From an uncultured delta proteobacterium (GTDB taxonomy: Bacteria > Desulfobacterota > Desulfobacteria > Desulfobacterales > SG8-13): a DNA stretch of 20,000 nucleotides. The position numbers and the translations under genes were made by a program. Numbering within the stretch: the first letter of the stretch is position 1; each line of letters starts with the position of its first letter. The stretch is taken from positions 1,198,538-1,218,537 of the forward strand of contig CAWKCK010000017.1 in NCBI GenBank assembly GCA_963848135.1. The letters run 5' to 3'. Positions 16,468 to 20,000 of the stretch are shown here, in pieces. Below the pieces are notes generated by a model. The model had not been told where the DNA came from, ran no database searches, and saw nothing but the letters and a program-made list of their open reading frames with translations.

Positions 16468-17987
16468 CTCAACTTTCGGTGTTCGTAGCCAAGTTGTTCT
16501 TTGACAAGCCGACACACTGCAGCGCGGTGTCCATGATAGCATCAAAGAATGCCGATGCTGTTTTTTCACAGAAGTTGCCAAGATTTCTCAATTGATTGCT
16601 CGCCAGAGTCAAAATCCGGTAAAGCGCCTCAATGAACGAGATATCACTGACTTCATCACAGCAGAGGTAAAAAAGCTCTCCAAAAGTTCGATGATCTGTC
16701 TCGGTTCGGCACTGATAGGCCAAAAACATATACCGCATGAACACGATGGACGTATGAGCAATCAGGGCGTCAAAGTCACGGCACTGGATTTCTTTGGCCA
16801 GTTTTAAATGTTGTTTGGCCATTTTGAAGAACACTTCGATATCCCAACGCTTACCGTAGATGCGGACAACATCTGCATCGGGCAGACTGATATCGGTTGT
16901 TAGCAGCGCCAGCCAGTCCTTTTTGCGTTTATCCCGGACAAAGACCAGTTTAACCTGCCGACCATCTTTGAGTTGCACCAGGGTGCTGGCCAATACCTTG
17001 GCCCGTCCCCGTCGTTTCTTCAATTTGCCATAGATATTCATCAGATCCATGGCATGCCCGTTGTAGCGGTAGAAAATCTTGGAGGACTTTTTCACCATGC
17101 CGACGACATCAATATGTTCTGCCAAGGCCGTAACGGTAGCGGGCATCGTGAACCAGCTGTCCATCAGAAGATAGTTTGCACAGATACCAGCAGACCGTAT
17201 GCGTTTGACCATGTTTTCAAGATGCGCGGTGGCCTTAACCGTCGCCTCTTTTCTGCGTTGATGCGCACAGCAGCGTTTATCCAAAGGTTTTTGACTGCCG
17301 CACAAACGCTTTTTCGAATCGGCCGAGGAGAGCAGGGAGAAGTCCAACGGCAGGCAACTGGCACCGTCGGACCAGCATACGGTGAGCATCCGAAAGCCTC
17401 TCAAATAACGGCCCGTACTATGATCCCAGACGCGGCACAGCAGTTCAACCATTTTGGATCTGGAGCGATCGTAAGGACTGTCATCAATGATGAGAACCGT
17501 TTCTCTATCTTTGCTTGTTAGCCTGTCGAAAAAAGCGAACAGACGACGTCCGAGGCAAAGAAGCAATCGACGCCAGTTATAGGTTGTTCCTTTAAGCAAC
17601 TGATAGGCCGCATCTTTGCCGAAGGGAAGATCCTGGTTGATAACAATGCCGCGGAAGAAGTTCTGACCGACAAATGGCAGTGTGAATATGGCTTGTGTCA
17701 AAGAGCGAACACTATGACCGTGGCGTTTTCGTACCCCACAGCGGTGCAGAAGGGTGCCCAGTCTGAATCGGTCGAAAAAGTCATCAATTTTGCTTTGAAC
17801 GTGAATGTTTCCTTGAGATTCGGAGGCAATGTTGGTATGGTCCATTTGAGCCCTTTCTTTTTGATATTATTATGAATTATGCCAAATCCATTATAAATCA
17901 AAAGACGGGGCTCTTCAATTTATTTCTTCATGATTTCAAATAATTAGACCATAATTCTGCCTCGCAAATCTAATCCAGAAAGTTGAG
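16468..17987 (-). mobile_element. Complete insertion sequence, 1520 bp (IS4-like DDE; possibly ISNCY ISDol1 group)
   Basis: TIRs CTCAACTTTC (16468-16477) / GAAAGTTGAG (17978-17987); 7-bp TSD ATTTTTA at 16461-16467 and 17988-17994. Confidence 0.95.
16469..17845 (-). CDS. DDE transposase (458 aa), intact
   Basis: IIDDS, LMDSWF and YGKRWDIEVFFK (YREK motif); stop codon lies inside the TIR. Confidence 0.95.
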   Translation of the reverse strand: MDHTNIASESQGNIHVQSKIDDFFDRFRLGTLLHRCGVRKRHGHSVRSLTQAIFTLPFVGQNFFRGIVINQDLPFGKDAAYQLLKGTTYNWRRLLLCLGRRLFAFFDRLTSKDRETVLIIDDSPYDRSRSKMVELLCRVWDHSTGRYLRGFRMLTVCWSDGASCLPLDFSLLSSADSKKRLCGSQKPLDKRCCAHQRRKEATVKATAHLENMVKRIRSAGICANYLLMDSWFTMPATVTALAEHIDVVGMVKKSSKIFYRYNGHAMDLMNIYGKLKKRRGRAKVLASTLVQLKDGRQVKLVFVRDKRKKDWLALLTTDISLPDADVVRIYGKRWDIEVFFKMAKQHLKLAKEIQCRDFDALIAHTSIVFMRYMFLAYQCRTETDHRTFGELFYLCCDEVSDISFIEALYRILTLASNQLRNLGNFCEKTASAFFDAIMDTALQCVGLSKNNLATNTES

Positions 17988-18319
17988 ATTTTTAGGAGAA
18001 GTAGCATCTGTTTACGCTAATGAAGAGGTCTTGAGCGAAGGTGTGCCAGATATTCGAACGATCGACCCAATGGTGCTGTTTGGGTCTGTCTACCACTCTT
18101 GGAAATTCGGGCAGGAAATCGCTGGGGCATACCGGATTGGGAAGAAATTCAAGGACAGCGTTTCTTAGAAGAAACAGATGTCTCCAACTAAACGTATATG
18201 AGTAGAAGTTACAAATATCTAAGATGATATCTGTAAAAATTTTTCCATTAAAAAGTACTGATATTTTAGACCTATCAACCGTATAGGTAAACTAAAACCT
18301 GCTGCTATGACCTTTGAGG

Positions 18320-18394
18320 TATCATATGGTCAATTCGCTTGAGATAGCCGCACTGTATTGTATCAACATAATTAGTGCGCCATATGATAATTGG
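18320..18394 (+). repeat. Intergenic repeat family B, copy 2
   Basis: TATCATATGGTCAATTCGCTTGAGATAGCCG vs 14462 TATCATCTGGTCGATTCGCTTGATATAGCCG; ends GATAATTGG. Confidence 0.78.
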
Positions 18395-18559
18395 ACCTTT
18401 AGTAAGAAATCTATCGATTCGGGTTTAATCCTTCGCATCAGAGCCTGTCGGCCAATGATAGAGCCCATAAAAATGGATATTTTTAATTTCGGTTAATATT
18501 TATTGTGCTAAGAGGTGAATGTGGTGATTAGGTCACTCTATTAATTAAGGAGGGGCAGC

Positions 18560-19684
18560 ATGTATAATAGTTTATTTTCTGAAATTAACATACAGGGCTT
18601 GATTTTGAAAAACCGTCTTACAATGGCACCACTCTACCTGGGCTATGCTGGTGAAGGCGGTACGGTCAGCGAAATGTTGCTGGAGCATTATCGAATCATG
18701 GCTCAAAGCGGCGTCGCCATGGTCGTAGTCGAAAATTCGACTGTAGACCATCCCCTCGGAAGCGGCTCCAACAGAACCCTGAGGGCTGACATCGACGACA
18801 ATCTGGACGGTCTGAAGAAGTTGGCCGCAACCATCAAAAAAGACGGTGCGCTATCCTGCTTACAGATCAACCACGCTGGACGTTTTGCCCATTTGGCACA
18901 AGAACCGGTGGCGCCATCGGCGGTAAAAACCTTTGGCCGGATACCCAGAGTCCTCGAAAAGGTAGAGATCGACCGTATTATGGACAAATATGCCAACGCC
19001 GCGGTTAGGGCCAAAACTGCAGGGTTTGATATGGTGGAATTGCACGGTGGCACCGGCTATCTGCTGGCCCAATTTCTCTCTCCACGAACCAACCACCGCA
19101 CCGATCAATATGGCGGAAACCTGGAAAATCGCCAGCGATTCGCCCTGGAGGTACTGAAGCGGGTCCAAGATGCGGTGTATGGCTTCCCAGTGGGGTATCG
19201 GTTTTTGGCCGATGAATGGCTTCCGGACGGCTTGCAATTGGATGAGGCAAAACAATTCGCCAAAAGTTTAGCCCAAGCTGGCATTGCGTATATTTCAGTC
19301 ATGGGCGGCACGTATGAATCCTTTTCCTTGCCTGAAATTGTAGAACAATCCAAACAGCAAGGTTACATGCTCGATTTGGCCGCAGAGATCCGTGCAGGAA
19401 TCGATGTGCCCGTGATCGCCGCCGGCCGCTTAGCTACCGGTGGATTTGCGGACCAGGCCATCTCCGAAGGCAAGACTGACCTGATCGGGTTGGCACGTGT
19501 ACTCTGGGCCGACCCGCAATGGCCGAAAAAGGTTCGCGATGGCCAGGAGGCAGACATTGTCCATTGCGATCCTGACTGCGGTGACGCCTGCATGCAGATG
19601 GTGATGAAAGGTCGGCCGGCGTTTTGTGTAGCGTGGTCTCCAGAAAAAATGAAGGGATGGAAGGCAAAATTTATTGAAAAGTAA
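18560..19684 (+). CDS. NADH:flavin oxidoreductase / Old Yellow Enzyme family protein
   Basis: LKNRLTMAP, QINHAGR, AGFDMVELHGGTGYLLAQFLSP.TN.RTD.YGG and DLIGLAR...DP.WP; C-terminal Cys cluster; AAGGAGG RBS. Confidence 0.93.
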   Translation: MYNSLFSEINIQGLILKNRLTMAPLYLGYAGEGGTVSEMLLEHYRIMAQSGVAMVVVENSTVDHPLGSGSNRTLRADIDDNLDGLKKLAATIKKDGALSCLQINHAGRFAHLAQEPVAPSAVKTFGRIPRVLEKVEIDRIMDKYANAAVRAKTAGFDMVELHGGTGYLLAQFLSPRTNHRTDQYGGNLENRQRFALEVLKRVQDAVYGFPVGYRFLADEWLPDGLQLDEAKQFAKSLAQAGIAYISVMGGTYESFSLPEIVEQSKQQGYMLDLAAEIRAGIDVPVIAAGRLATGGFADQAISEGKTDLIGLARVLWADPQWPKKVRDGQEADIVHCDPDCGDACMQMVMKGRPAFCVAWSPEKMKGWKAKFIEK

Positions 19685-19744
19685 ATTCAAAATCCCATCA
19701 AATGCACAATAGCGGGGTTGCGTACATGTAATTTTTTCCAAATC

Positions 19745-19813
19745 TATCTCTGGAATATTTCCTTATCTTAGCCAGATCGTATCGTCACCTTTGATGCGAT
19801 TTCCGATATTTGG
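19745..19813 (+). repeat. Intergenic repeat family B, copy 3
   Basis: TAGCCAGATCGTATCGTCACCTTTGATGCGATTTCCGATATTTGG, 36/45 identical to 14487-14531; upstream TATC-TCTGG also shared. Confidence 0.8.
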
Positions 19814-19834
19814 TCTAGTGGCAAGTAAACACAA

Positions 19835-19888
19835 GTATTGACCCTCCTCACTATTTCCATATACTCTTTCAATCAATCTGTAAGTGGC
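19835..19888 (+). promoter_or_regulatory. Sigma70-like promoter, probably for a gene beyond the window
   Basis: TTGACC 19838-19843, 16 bp, TATACT 19860-19865. Confidence 0.55.
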
Positions 19889-20000
19889 TGGTTTCCATAA
19901 AATATATCATTGACGAAAAACACTAATTCATGCATCGACACGATTATCCCCCTGCATATCAATCTTGGCTCACTATTTGTTTAGGAATTGCGTTCTATTT

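Larger units (their letters stand above)
16069..18168 (+). pseudogene. Flavin reductase / flavoredoxin family gene split by IS insertion
   Basis: YPLP, GKPNF, FSVNIP, DYCGIASG and IEECPLNIEC. Removing 16468-17994 restores NNLIFL|GEVASVY in frame (133 + 57 codons = 190 aa). Confidence 0.92.

Noticed and set aside
629..19741. Numerous overlapping or antisense ORFs in the ORF track (e.g. 984-1793, 2349-2816, 16973-17521, 18314-18496)
   Set aside because: Shadow frames of well-supported genes or spacer ORFs without RBS or motifs; 18314-18496 overlaps repeat family B.

Overview
Bacterial genomic DNA, most consistent with a Desulfobacterota (Desulfobacterales-like) genome; this is inferred from gene content such as the phasin-like protein, the Tat/Fe-S aldo-keto reductase and the standalone GAF and PilZ proteins. 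Positions 1-3613 are a GC-richer core-like block: the 3' end of dnaK with a bidirectional terminator, a glycerophosphodiester phosphodiesterase, and a divergent GlnA4-like gamma-glutamylating synthetase plus SDR operon. From about 3.6 kb onward is an accessory region of mostly single, co-oriented (+) genes with AT-rich spacers: FHA-EAL, SnoaL/NTF2, haloalkane dehalogenase, GAF, PilZ-Zn finger, phasin-like, Tat-AKR, SABATH-type methyltransferase, flavin reductase and OYE. It also holds gene debris, an IS3 remnant and one complete IS4-like element (10-bp TIR, 7-bp TSD) that splits the flavin reductase. The least explained signal is a set of degenerate, co-oriented intergenic repeats sharing a TAGCCAGATCRTATC-like core at many gene boundaries, giving a cassette-array-like layout without recognisable attC sites. 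There is also a duplicated promoter module with 20-bp-phased boxes, each copy followed by a structured RNA-like leader.
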